Positions 28,901 to 39,102 of a DNA stretch of 64,000 nucleotides are shown here, one piece after another (positions within the stretch are counted from its first letter, which is position 1; each line of letters starts with the position of its first letter). The stretch is from Candidatus Latescibacterota bacterium (GTDB taxonomy: Bacteria; Latescibacterota; UBA2968; UBA8231), in contig CBDAOB010000005.1 in assembly GCA_965197905.1 (NCBI GenBank), forward strand, positions 160,001 through 224,000, written 5' to 3'. Position numbers and translations under genes: made by a program. The notes under the pieces are model-generated. The model saw nothing but the letters and a program-made list of their open reading frames with translations, did no database searches and was not told where the DNA came from.

Positions 28901-29385
28901 ACTGCTGCTCAAACACCGTAAAATAGGCATCCTTTCCCACCAGGAGGATGAACAAACTCTGTGCCAGTGGGGATTTCTCAGCAGACTGGGGTTGTTGTCG
29001 CTATTGAATGTGTGCAGTGCGGGTAACAGAGTTGTGGCGTTAGGAGGATATTCGTACCGTGGGGCTAATAGATGGAGGTTATCATGAGATACGCCATCAT
29101 TTGCCTCGTTCTCCTCGGAGCAAGCGTCAAGGCCTCTGAGCGATCGATTCAAAGGCGAGCCCTTTTACGTAGTACATGCCTACCCTGATAACTGCGGACG
29201 GTCTAAGCCCGATACCGCATCGTACTCAGCCCTGTCAATTGGAGGGGGGTCTTTTGGGTAATTGCGGCCGCTGTCAACAAATCGAGCAGTAAGAAGGATG
29301 CGGTCTAGTTTATATTCCCCCGTATTGCGGCAGCAACGGGGCCGTGGTTGGCTCGATTTCCCATCCATCGACGGAGAGAGTTCCC

Positions 29386-29757
29386 ATGATCAACAAGATC
29401 CACAAAATCGCTGTCATAACTGACGATATCGAGGGGGCGGTGCAGTTTTATACGCAGAAACTGGGGTTGGCTGTCGTAGAACGTTTCGAAAACGACGACG
29501 ATGAGGATTACGTCTTTCTCGACGCCGGCGGCATCCTGCTGGAGCTGATGCCGCAGAAGACCATGGGGCAGGAGGCCGGTTTCCACCACATCTCCTTCGA
29601 AGTCGACAGCGTCGAGGACAGCGCGCAAGAGCTGAAAGACAAGGGGGTCACGATCACCAAGGAGCCGTTCGACGTGGGAGGTGGCACCGGCATCACCCTG
29701 GGATTTTTCGCCGGGCCCAACCAGGCGAACCTGCAGCTTTTTCACCGCGAGAAATGA
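29386..29757 (+). CDS. VOC/glyoxalase family protein
   Basis: IHKIAVITDDIEGAVQFYTQKLGL, LELM, GFHHISFEVDSVE. Confidence 0.85.
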   Translation: MINKIHKIAVITDDIEGAVQFYTQKLGLAVVERFENDDDEDYVFLDAGGILLELMPQKTMGQEAGFHHISFEVDSVEDSAQELKDKGVTITKEPFDVGGGTGITLGFFAGPNQANLQLFHREK

Positions 29758-29764
29758 GGTCGCC

Positions 29765-30583
29765 ATGCGCCTAGCACGAGCCAACCGCGAGGACATGGGG
29801 GAGTTGTCCGGCGTCCACGGCGGCGCCGGTACGATCCTCTTCAACAGACTGTTGAGCCGGGAAGACTTCGCCACGCCCTTCGCTTTCGTCCACTGTGCGA
29901 TCCTGTTGCCGGGTGGGGGGATCGGCTACCACCGCCACGACGACGGCGAGGAGATCTTCATCACCGTCGACAACGCATCGCAGTTCACCCACAACGGGCG
30001 GACGGCGATAGTCGAGGGCGGAGCGGCGGTCCCTGTGCGCTCGGGCGAGATCCACGCCATCCACAACCATACCGAGCAGGAGACGCGCTGGTTCAACGTC
30101 CAGTGCGTGGTGCCCGGGGGCGATCCCAGGTCAACCGATCTGGGCGACGACCGGGTTAACGCCGAGCTGGAGTCGACCGATCGCCTGCCGGTGGGGCGGC
30201 TGGACCGTCTGGCTTTGAAGTACGCCCAGGCGCACGGGGGCAAGGGCGACATCGGCAGTCGCTTGATCTGGGAGCCGGAGGATTTCCGCAGCAATTTCCA
30301 CTCCCTTGCCCACTGTCTTCTGCCCCCGGACACTTCGCTTGGCTATCACCGCCACGACGGCGTCGAAGAGTGCTATATCGTCATCGAGGGCAGCGGGCGG
30401 ATGACGGTGGACGACGAGACCAGCGAAGTCCAGCAATGGGATGTCATCCCCATCCAGCTGGCGGGCAACCACGGACTGTATAACCACACGGAAGAGGACT
30501 TCGAACTGCTGGTCGTCGCCGTCTGCAGCCAGAAGGGACAATTCGACTCAGCCGACCTGGGCGACGACTTGAGCCAACGCTGA
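29765..30583 (+). CDS. Bicupin protein
   Basis: Two cupin repeats: HGG.G, GYHRHD..EE, HAI.N / HGLYN. Confidence 0.85.
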   Translation: MRLARANREDMGELSGVHGGAGTILFNRLLSREDFATPFAFVHCAILLPGGGIGYHRHDDGEEIFITVDNASQFTHNGRTAIVEGGAAVPVRSGEIHAIHNHTEQETRWFNVQCVVPGGDPRSTDLGDDRVNAELESTDRLPVGRLDRLALKYAQAHGGKGDIGSRLIWEPEDFRSNFHSLAHCLLPPDTSLGYHRHDGVEECYIVIEGSGRMTVDDETSEVQQWDVIPIQLAGNHGLYNHTEEDFELLVVAVCSQKGQFDSADLGDDLSQR

Positions 30584-30774
30584 AACAAAGTGCCGAATTT
30601 GACAACTGGGCTAGCAAAAGGTGCCAACCGCGCAAGCTCTTATCGCAGCCTCGCCTGTGGCACAGCCGGCTACAGGCTGGCACGATCATTGCCCCCTTTC
30701 GAGGAACCAGGGCTGGGGCTGGAGGCGCTGCCTTGTGACAACCGACACTAAATGCAGTAAAAAGTTCTAGAAAA

Positions 30775-33700
30775 GTGCTGAAAAAATTCGAAAGCACCAT
30801 CCGTCCCAGAGCGCGCCTGCTACTCCTGTTATGCCTGTGCGCGGTCCGAACCGATGCCCAGGAGCCCTGGGAGAATTCAGGATACCTGGATGCGGGAACA
30901 TCGGACCAGATGGCGCCAGGGCAGTGGGTCACCTACGACAGGATTGACGGCTACCAGGGTTTGATCGTGTCGTCGTTTCTACACGACCGTCAGGGGCGTC
31001 TCTGGTTCGCCACCGGAGATGGCGGCGTAAGCTGCCTGGATGGCCGCGAGTGGCGCACGTACGGCCCGAAAGACGGCCTGGGCAGCCAAGAAGTCGACGT
31101 CATGTTTCAGGATCGGGAAGGGCGCTTCTGGTTCGGTACCGAGAAAGGGGGGGTGCGCCTGCTCGAAGGTGACCGTTGGACCACCTACACGGATCAAGAA
31201 GGGCTAGCACACAACACGGTAAGGGCGATTGCGCAAGACCGTGAGGGCCGTCTCTGGTTCGGTACCGACGGTGGAGGGGTGAGCGTCTTTGACGGCGAGG
31301 TGTGGACCACCTACACGAAGGAGGATGGCCTGGCGCACAATGAGGTCGCCGCGATCTGCCACGACCGTGAAGGGCATCTGTGGTTCGGCACCGATGGGGG
31401 TGGCGTGAGCCGATATGACGGTGAGACCTGGACCACGATTTCGGTGGATGACGGCCTTGCTCACCGAGATGTCCGGGCGATCTTCCAGGACCGCCAGGGA
31501 TATTTGTGGGTCGGCACCGAAGGCGGTGGCGTGAGCCGATATGACGGTGAGACCTGGGCCACCTACACGGAATATCACGGCCTTGCCCACAACTACGTCA
31601 GGGCGATCTATCAGGACCAGCAGGGGTATCTCTGGTTTGGCACGAAGAACGGTGGAATAAGCCGCCTCGCTGGCAGCCGATGGCTCACCTACACGACCGC
31701 CGATGGCCTGGTGCACAACAACGTAACGGGCATTCACCAGGGTTCCGACGGTCATTTCTGGTTCGCTACCAAGGGCCGTGGGGTCAGTCGTTTTACGGGA
31801 GAGTTGGGACGGACCTTCAGGGTGGAGGACGGACTTGCACACAACAAGGTGAAGACCGTCCTGCAAGACCGGGGTGGAGATTTCTGGTTCGGCACAGACG
31901 GCGGGGGCCTGAGCCGCTTCAACGGTGAGAGCTGGATCACGTACTCGATCGATAATGCGCTGGCCAGCGACGAAATTGAGGCAGTCTACGAAGACAGAGA
32001 GGGCCGCGTGTGGGTCGGCACGGACGGTGGCGGTGTGAGCATTTTCGATGGCAAGACGTGGACGACGTACACGGAGAAAGACGGCGTGGCACACGGGGAA
32101 GTTGAAGCGATCCTTCAGGATCGGGAGGGCGCCCTCTGGTTCGGCACCGACGGTGGGGGTGTCAACCATTTCGACGGTGAGGACTGGACTACATACACGA
32201 CAGCTGATGGCTTGGCGCACAACGAAGTGAAAGCGATCCTGCAGGATTGGGATGGAACGATGTGGTTCGGCACGCAAGGTAAAGGAGTGAGCCGGTATGA
32301 CGGCGAGACATGGACCCACCTGACCGCGGACGACGGTTTGGCGCACGACGACGTACGGGACATCTATCAGGACACGGAGGGCGTTCTCTGGTTTGCCACG
32401 CGCCGTGGTGTGAGCCGTTTCGACGGTGAGCGCTGGACCACCTACACCGTCGCTGACGGACTGGCGCACGACGAAGTCGAGCAGATACTGCAAGACCGGA
32501 ACGGCCACTTCTGGTTTACCACCGACGGCGGCGGAGTCAGCCACTTCGACGGTGAGCTATGGGCCACCACGACATCCAAGGAGGGCCTGGCAGGTGGAGC
32601 AGTAAAGGGGATACTGCAGGATAGCAACGGCTTTTTCTGGTTCTCCACTGACAGCGGCGTGACTCGCTTGCCGTCTCCGGAGAGTACCGAACCCCAGGTA
32701 TTCATCGATGCGGTCATCGCCGACGAACGTCACGAAGGAGTGTCCAGGCTTTCGGTACCGGCAGGCTCGGGAATTGTCGCCTTCGAGTTTCATGGAGTAA
32801 GCCGCAGGGGCAACCAGAAAGGGATGAGGTACAAGCACCGGCTGCGGGGCTACGACGACCGATGGCAGATCGCCTCCAACAGACGTGCAGAATATCCCAG
32901 GCTCCAGCGGGGAGCGTACACATTTGAAGTGATCGCCGTCGACCGCAATCTAGCCCAATCCGCGGCGGCCGTCGTGGCCCTCGACGTGCATCTGCCAGGT
33001 GTGTGGGTTGGCGGCTTCATCGCTCTGGGCTTTCTGGGTCTAGTCATCGCTGTACAGACAGCGCGTGTATTTCGCAGAGAGAGCACGCTGCAAACACTCC
33101 ACGTGGAATTGCAGGAATCTCACGATGAACTAGAACACAGGGTCGAGGAGCGAACTGCCGAGCTACAAAATGAGATCACCGAGCGCAAGCGTATGGAGCA
33201 GGAGCTGATCAGACTGGAGCGCATGCGCGTGCGCGGTGAGATGGTCCAAGGTATCAACCACAACCTCAACAACCTGCTCTGTGCCGTGCTCCTGCCGGCG
33301 CAACTGCTCAAGGACAACCTGGAAGATCCACGAGACCGCCAACGGGCAGAGCTGATTGAGACCGCGGCGGAAAAAGCTGCGGAACTGGTGCGGCGTCTCA
33401 ATCGTGCCGCAAAAGGGCAAGATGAGAAACCGGAGTCTGTAGCCCTTTCTTCTCGGGTTATGGAGGCCGTGGAGAGCACTCGATCGCGATGGCAAACCGA
33501 ACCAGAGGGCCGCGGGATCGCCATTGACCTGGTCACCAAGCTGGAGGATGTACCCCCTATTCGTGGCACGGCCTCGGAAGTGAACGACATACTCGTCAAT
33601 CTGATCTTCAACGCCGTCGATGCGATGCCTGAAGGGGGCACGATCACCATTGGCACCCGAGCGATGGGAGATCAAGTGCACCTCTTTGTGAGCGATACCG

Positions 33701-34317
33701 GTATCGGTATGGATGAGGAGACGCAAAGACGCATCTTTGAACCGTTGTTCACCACCAAGTTCGATACCGGCAGCGGCTTGGGCCTCTACTCGGTCCATAC
33801 GGCGGTGAGTAACTGGGGCGGCGATATCACGGTGAATAGCACGCTCGGCAACGGCACGACGTTCACGCTGCGGTTGCCTAGGTGGCGAGAGACGCGGGCA
33901 GTTCAGGACAATGACAAAGAAGAGGGAACAACGACGACGACGGTGAAAATGCTACTGGTCGAGGACGACGAGACGACGGCGCAGACCCTGGCGGATTATC
34001 TGTCCGCCACCTACGACGTGGAGACCATAACGGATGGGCAGACGGTGGTGGAGGCTTTTACCGCGGGACGCTATGAGGTAGCCCTGATCGATCTGGGGAT
34101 ACCAGGGATTCCCGGGGATCAGGTGGCGCAGCAGATGCGCGAGGTAGATCCTGCGATCGCGACCGTCTTGATCACCGGGTTTGACCTGGCCGAGGACGAT
34201 CGGCGCTTAGCGGTGTTTGATTTGTGGTATAAGAAACCGCTGTCGGTGAAGCAGCTAGACGAGATGATGGAGCAGGCGGTCTCGCTCCACCAAAGCCGAA
34301 TGAAAGGGAATAGTTGA
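30775..34317 (+). CDS. Hybrid histidine kinase with two-component regulator propeller (Reg_prop), Y_Y_Y, HisKA, HATPase and REC domains
   Basis: About 14 repeats of [41 protein letters not shown] helix; INHNLNN; FTTK..GSGLGL; LLVEDD. Confidence 0.92.
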   Translation: MLKKFESTIRPRARLLLLLCLCAVRTDAQEPWENSGYLDAGTSDQMAPGQWVTYDRIDGYQGLIVSSFLHDRQGRLWFATGDGGVSCLDGREWRTYGPKDGLGSQEVDVMFQDREGRFWFGTEKGGVRLLEGDRWTTYTDQEGLAHNTVRAIAQDREGRLWFGTDGGGVSVFDGEVWTTYTKEDGLAHNEVAAICHDREGHLWFGTDGGGVSRYDGETWTTISVDDGLAHRDVRAIFQDRQGYLWVGTEGGGVSRYDGETWATYTEYHGLAHNYVRAIYQDQQGYLWFGTKNGGISRLAGSRWLTYTTADGLVHNNVTGIHQGSDGHFWFATKGRGVSRFTGELGRTFRVEDGLAHNKVKTVLQDRGGDFWFGTDGGGLSRFNGESWITYSIDNALASDEIEAVYEDREGRVWVGTDGGGVSIFDGKTWTTYTEKDGVAHGEVEAILQDREGALWFGTDGGGVNHFDGEDWTTYTTADGLAHNEVKAILQDWDGTMWFGTQGKGVSRYDGETWTHLTADDGLAHDDVRDIYQDTEGVLWFATRRGVSRFDGERWTTYTVADGLAHDEVEQILQDRNGHFWFTTDGGGVSHFDGELWATTTSKEGLAGGAVKGILQDSNGFFWFSTDSGVTRLPSPESTEPQVFIDAVIADERHEGVSRLSVPAGSGIVAFEFHGVSRRGNQKGMRYKHRLRGYDDRWQIASNRRAEYPRLQRGAYTFEVIAVDRNLAQSAAAVVALDVHLPGVWVGGFIALGFLGLVIAVQTARVFRRESTLQTLHVELQESHDELEHRVEERTAELQNEITERKRMEQELIRLERMRVRGEMVQGINHNLNNLLCAVLLPAQLLKDNLEDPRDRQRAELIETAAEKAAELVRRLNRAAKGQDEKPESVALSSRVMEAVESTRSRWQTEPEGRGIAIDLVTKLEDVPPIRGTASEVNDILVNLIFNAVDAMPEGGTITIGTRAMGDQVHLFVSDTGIGMDEETQRRIFEPLFTTKFDTGSGLGLYSVHTAVSNWGGDITVNSTLGNGTTFTLRLPRWRETRAVQDNDKEEGTTTTTVKMLLVEDDETTAQTLADYLSATYDVETITDGQTVVEAFTAGRYEVALIDLGIPGIPGDQVAQQMREVDPAIATVLITGFDLAEDDRRLAVFDLWYKKPLSVKQLDEMMEQAVSLHQSRMKGNS

Positions 34318-34529
34318 GTTGCTAATACGGCGGAATCATCTACTCAACTCCCGCTGGCGACTCATGCGGAGATATGTTCACTTCGAAAGGGAGACCGTCG
34401 ATACCACCCGCTAGGGAGAAGGGTTTGTCGCCCGCTGTGTCCCGCTAATTCATCGCCCCTGCTGGAAGGGCCGCTACATCCCAGGGATGCCGGGCGAAGA
34501 AGTATCGAATCCGCAGAGACAGCACGCCT

Positions 34530-35597
34530 TCAACCACCGCAGGCTGGATCTAGGCCAAGGCCCGCCAACACCCGATCCCAGTCGAACGCGCCGACGCCCT
34601 TATCTCGATGTGTGGCGTAAAAGGCACCCCCGCTGAACCTGTCGAACGATCGCTGTGTCAGCGCGACGCCGTCGGTTTCAGCAGTGACCTGCCCTGCAAA
34701 CGCGCCGACGTAGGTGAAGTCCTCGCGGCGGAACACCAAGAAGCGGCTGTCGGTGGAAGCCTGGTCGGCCACGACCCAGTAGCCGCCTCCGTCGGGGCAG
34801 CGGTGCAGAGCGATACCTTCGGGCTCGTGCATGATGATCCCAGCGCCCGCGCGCTTCCTGAAGCGGCCATCCGTACCGTAGATCTTCAGCACCCGTTCCT
34901 GTTCTGCGGCGATTACGAGCCATTGCCGCAACGGGTCGACAGCTATTGACTCGACTCTGCGCAGACAACCGTCCCCCAGGGTATCGCCAAACGCCTCACC
35001 CACTGACGCATGTACGCGTTGACCGTCGAGGAACAGCGTGAAAGAACGCACGCGCGCACCCAGCTTGCTCTTGGGAGGTAAGGCTCCCGAATCAGTCAGA
35101 TAGTTGTCGGTAACGTAGACCTTGTACGAACTGTCCGCCGTGTCGGCAGCCAATGCGATGCCGTACGGCCGACGAAGCACATCAGCACCGAATTCGCCGG
35201 CAGGAGAAAAGTCAGGCAGCGCAAAAGCCTGGACGCGATGGTTGTCCCGTTCAACAACCAGAAGCATGTTTTCGACGACGGCCACTCCATTAGGTCGCAT
35301 CAGGCGTCCAGACCCGGTGCCGGCCCCGCCGACGCGCCGCAACAGGCGACCATCACCAGCATCATACACAACAAGCTGATGTGTGCTCTTTGCCGTGGCG
35401 ATTATCCAATGTTGACCAGCGGAGCCATGCCAGACCGCAGGGGAATCGATGTTGTCTTCCTCCGACCATTCCGAAACCCAACTCTCCTCGAGCACTGTCG
35501 GGGTTTCAGACAGGCCCGCTCTGAATGGAAAGCATCCCGATAGAATTAGAATCAGCACCGCGGCACTCCAGGATCCGTAGAATTCGCGCAGTCCCAT
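34530..35597 (-). CDS. Beta-propeller phytase-like lipoprotein
   Basis: Lipobox LSGC; DSPAVW, ATAKSTHQLVVYD, EPEGIAL, ETDGVA. Confidence 0.75.
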   Translation of the reverse strand: MGLREFYGSWSAAVLILILSGCFPFRAGLSETPTVLEESWVSEWSEEDNIDSPAVWHGSAGQHWIIATAKSTHQLVVYDAGDGRLLRRVGGAGTGSGRLMRPNGVAVVENMLLVVERDNHRVQAFALPDFSPAGEFGADVLRRPYGIALAADTADSSYKVYVTDNYLTDSGALPPKSKLGARVRSFTLFLDGQRVHASVGEAFGDTLGDGCLRRVESIAVDPLRQWLVIAAEQERVLKIYGTDGRFRKRAGAGIIMHEPEGIALHRCPDGGGYWVVADQASTDSRFLVFRREDFTYVGAFAGQVTAETDGVALTQRSFDRFSGGAFYATHRDKGVGAFDWDRVLAGLGLDPACGG

Positions 35598-35612
35598 GCT
35601 TCGGAGCTACTC

Positions 35613-38439
35613 CTACAGGTCGAATTTCAGGCCGAGGCTGAACCGCCTGTCGTAGTACTCGGCCTGCAAGGTCCGTTCGTCGATACCCTGGTACAGACGA
35701 AGGGGCTGGTTGGTTAGATTGTTGAACTCGAGGAACAGGCGGACCTGCCCCGTCAGGCGCACCGAGCCGTTTAGATCTACGTGCGTGGCAGAGTCGAAGT
35801 AGCGATCGGTGAAGGGTTCATCGCTGAACTCACCCGCTCCGGCGTCGATGTGGGAGCTGGTGTAATTGACCGACAGCCGCCCCGAGACGCGGCTACTCTC
35901 GTATGACAGCGATCCGTTGAAGGAGTGTTTGACAGTTCCCGGTAACGGCAGCGTATCGTTCTCGCGACCTTCGATCGGCAACTCATCGATCTCGGAGTCG
36001 ATATATGTGTAGTTGGTGTACACACCCACTGGCCGCAGTGCCGGCACGAAATCGAGCTGGCGATATAGAGCCAACTCGACGCCTCGAAGTGACGCGCCCT
36101 TGCCGTTGCGCGGCTGTACGTACTGATCGAACGTCTGCCCAGTTACGGGGTCTGGGTAATCCTCTTCGAGAAAGAAAAAGATGAAGTCGTTGATGCTCTT
36201 GGCGAACACCCCTGCTGAAACGAGTCCTACCGACTCAAGGTAGCGCTCGCCCACGACGTCGAAGTTCATCGAGGTGGTCGGGTCGAGAGTGGGGTTGCCC
36301 TCGGCCAGCTCGGCATCTTCGATGATGATTTCACGGTAGGGCACGAGGTCGTAGTAGTTGGGGCGCGCGAGTGGGGCGCGCGAGCGTATTCGTCCATGCG
36401 AAGCGCAGGACGGTGGTTGGGTCGAACTGGTAACGCGCATGCACTCCAGGCAACACGTGGGTGTACGATTCTTTACCGGCGACCGGTGTAATTGTGAACT
36501 CCTCGTCAGCATCCGGGTCGATATAGAGCTCGTTGCCGGTGTAATTGATGCTGGTTGCCTCGAGGCGGGTCCCCAGGATGAAGCTCCAGTTCGCACCGTA
36601 GTCCTGCTCAAGCATCACGTACCCGCCTCTCACTGTCTCAGTGGCCTCATAGTTGCCAGGCACGTATTCGTCTAGCTTGTCTTCCGCTTCGAACTGCGCG
36701 GGATCGGTCAGATCCAAGTCGCCGAGAAACTGGTCGGTGGGGAAAAAGCCGGCTTCGTAATCGCCTGCGAGAAAGTCGGAATCCGTCACATCCTTGGTGG
36801 GTATTTCGGCAAGAGACGCAATGGCCTCTTCGTCTAGCGGCGAGTACTCGAAGAAGCGATTATCTCGCATCTTGTCTTTGCCGCGGTATCGCAGGCCAAC
36901 GACGACGCGGTTACTGTGGGGACCTGAGAACCACGGAATCTCGATGTCGATGCGGCCGTTGCGGTCGGTCTCTTCGGTGAGCTGGTGCTCCTGTGTGAGC
37001 TCGTTGAGCTCGAATTCGCCCACGGAGACCTCGCCCGGTTCCAGGAATGTGAACGTCGGCTTTTCTGGATCGGAGAGATCGGCGCGCATGCCAATGCCCA
37101 CGTCTCCGTCGTCACCATCGCGCTCTACGACGTACTCTATGTGGCGCTCGACGGGCCGCTCCTCCGAAGCCTTCGAGTAGGACGCCGTCCAGCGTACCTC
37201 GACGTCTCGGCCAAGCTGGTGAAAACCACCCAGTGTGGTGCTCGAGGCTCGCTGGTCTTCGAGGCGGCCGCCGTCGTTGGCGCTGCTGCCACCCTTTACA
37301 TCGCGCACCACTTCCCAGCTCTGCGTCTGACCCCCTGCAGGTAAACCCAGGTCCTTGATCTTCAGGCGGTAGCGATTCTCGAAGTCGTCCCGGTGGTTCC
37401 ATATGGAGCGCAGGGAGAGAGAGTTGCGATCGTCGAGCTCGAAATCAACGGAGCCGCTGATGCTCCTGCGAATACGGTGGATGTCGTAGTCGCGGATCTG
37501 CATTTCTTCGACGAAAGCCTGCCCATCCTCCTCGCCCCATTCCGGCTCGATGTTGTCGGAGCCGAGGTGATGATTGTGGTAGGAGGCGCTGACCAGTAGA
37601 CCCAGCCTGCCATCGAGATAGCGATCTCCCGCCACTAACGAGCTGATGCCGAGAGGCTTCCCAGACAGGAAGTTGTAGCCGCTGCCCAGCGTACCGGAGA
37701 GGCGCAGCCCCTCGGGGGCTGACCGAGTCACCAGATTGACCGACCCCCCGATGGCATCGGCGTCCATGTCCGGTGTAAGTGTCTTGTTGACCTCCACCGC
37801 CTGAACCATGTCGGCAGGAATCAGGTCGAGCTGCACCGCGCGGATCTCACCTTCCGCTGAAGGCAGCCGCTCGCCGTTGAGCATCACCGAATTCATGCGC
37901 GCCTCGGTGCCGCGGATCATCCCGAAGCGAGGTTCGCCCTGATCGTAATCGACGACGATGCCGGGGATGCGCTTCATGGCGTCGCCGACGTTGGCGTCCG
38001 GAAAACGGCCGATCTGATCGGCGGCGACGATGTTGGTGATATGAGTGTTGGCTCGCTGCTGATTGATGGCTCTTGCCTGGCCTTGCAGCCGTTGGCCGAT
38101 CACGAGAATCTCGTCGGCGATGATGACCCCGGTTTCAAGGGCAAAGTCGAGGATCGTCACGCGTTCTCCGGCAAGGCTCGCCGCGGCCGACGCCGACTGG
38201 TATCCGATGTAGGTCACGGTGACGGTGTGTGAGCCAGCGGGAATCCCGCTCAGGCGGTAGTTACCGTCGCGGTCGCTCACCGTTGCCAAGGGAGCTCTAT
38301 CGATGACGACAATGGCCCCCGCCAGGGGTATCCCGGCCAGCTTGTCGGTGACGCGACCCGCGATCGAGGCAGAGTAACATGTGGATACAGCCACCAGGAT
38401 CACAATACTGATGGCGCCGGTGCATGAACAGTAACGCAT
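35613..38439 (-). pseudogene. TonB-dependent receptor interrupted by a 13-bp tandem duplication
   Basis: Carboxypeptidase-like N-domain, plug (IGRFPDANVGDAMKRIPG), barrel ending LGLKFDL; split into two ORFs at 36359-36384. Confidence 0.88.
36359..36384. repeat. 13-bp tandem duplication
   Basis: TGGGGCGCGCGAG x2. Confidence 0.95.
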
Positions 38440-38619
38440 CGCTGACCCCATTACGTAGAACTTCGGTTGTCGTTCTGGTTGTGTGTCAAGGATACCAAAC
38501 AGCGATGAGGATTGTAACCTCTTGACGCACCGAGCGCCAGAGCAATTATGCGTCCTCCTGGTCGAGCAATCCGGCGCCGTTTTCAAGCAACTCCATCAGC
38601 GTCGCCGCAGCAGACTAGG

Positions 38620-39050
38620 GCGGACACATATTGTGCCCTCGGGGAACGGATCGAGCAACTCGGGGATCCGCTGTTGGCCTACGACGCAATTCGAGACGGA
38701 ACCGAGCGCCACCCTCGCGAGTTGCGCCTGCGGCAGCTACTGGCTCTAGCATTGGCCCGGAGTGGATCCGTTCTTCGTGCCAACTTGATCTTACAGAAGC
38801 GGGCACCCGAACCCGGCATCTCAACAAGCCTGCGAGATCTATCGCACCGCCTATGATGACGCTTCCAAGGCCGGCGATTTGGAGGCTGGTTGCTACAACG
38901 GAATCAACGCCGCCACAATGGCCCTCCTTCTTGGTCGCCTCGACCTGGCCAAACATCTTGCTCAGGCGGTAGTAGATCTTGTTGCGACCTACCTGAAGAC
39001 GAGTGGCGAAGACCTCTTGCTGCCGTAGCCGTGACGTTTGCGCAACTCCA
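38620..39050 (+). pseudogene. TPR / MAP3K TRAF-binding (DUF4071)-like protein remnant
   Basis: GDPLLAYD...LRLRQLLALALARSGS and, in another frame, YNGINAATMALLLG. Confidence 0.5.
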
Positions 39051-39102
39051 CCTTGCCAATCGTCCCTGCAATTACGATCCTCGTGGCTACGGTGATATTG
39101 AG

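Noticed and set aside
31204..32544. Long antisense ORFs (also 16935-18038, 39769-40767, 50565-52166, 54206-55336, 60007-61248)
   Set aside because: Shadow ORFs opposite well-supported genes in GC-rich DNA; no recognisable motifs
30900..32700. Periodic 126-nt repeats as a possible CRISPR array
   Set aside because: They are in-frame protein propeller repeats, with no constant repeat/unique spacer pattern and no cas genes
34340..34450. Four CCCGCT motifs as integrase arm sites or att site
   Set aside because: Short GC-rich motif; no integrase and no tRNA duplicate to support it
38890..39102. N-terminal extension of the 1247-aa kinase ORF
   Set aside because: It overlaps the TPR remnant; the signal-peptide-like start is at 39103
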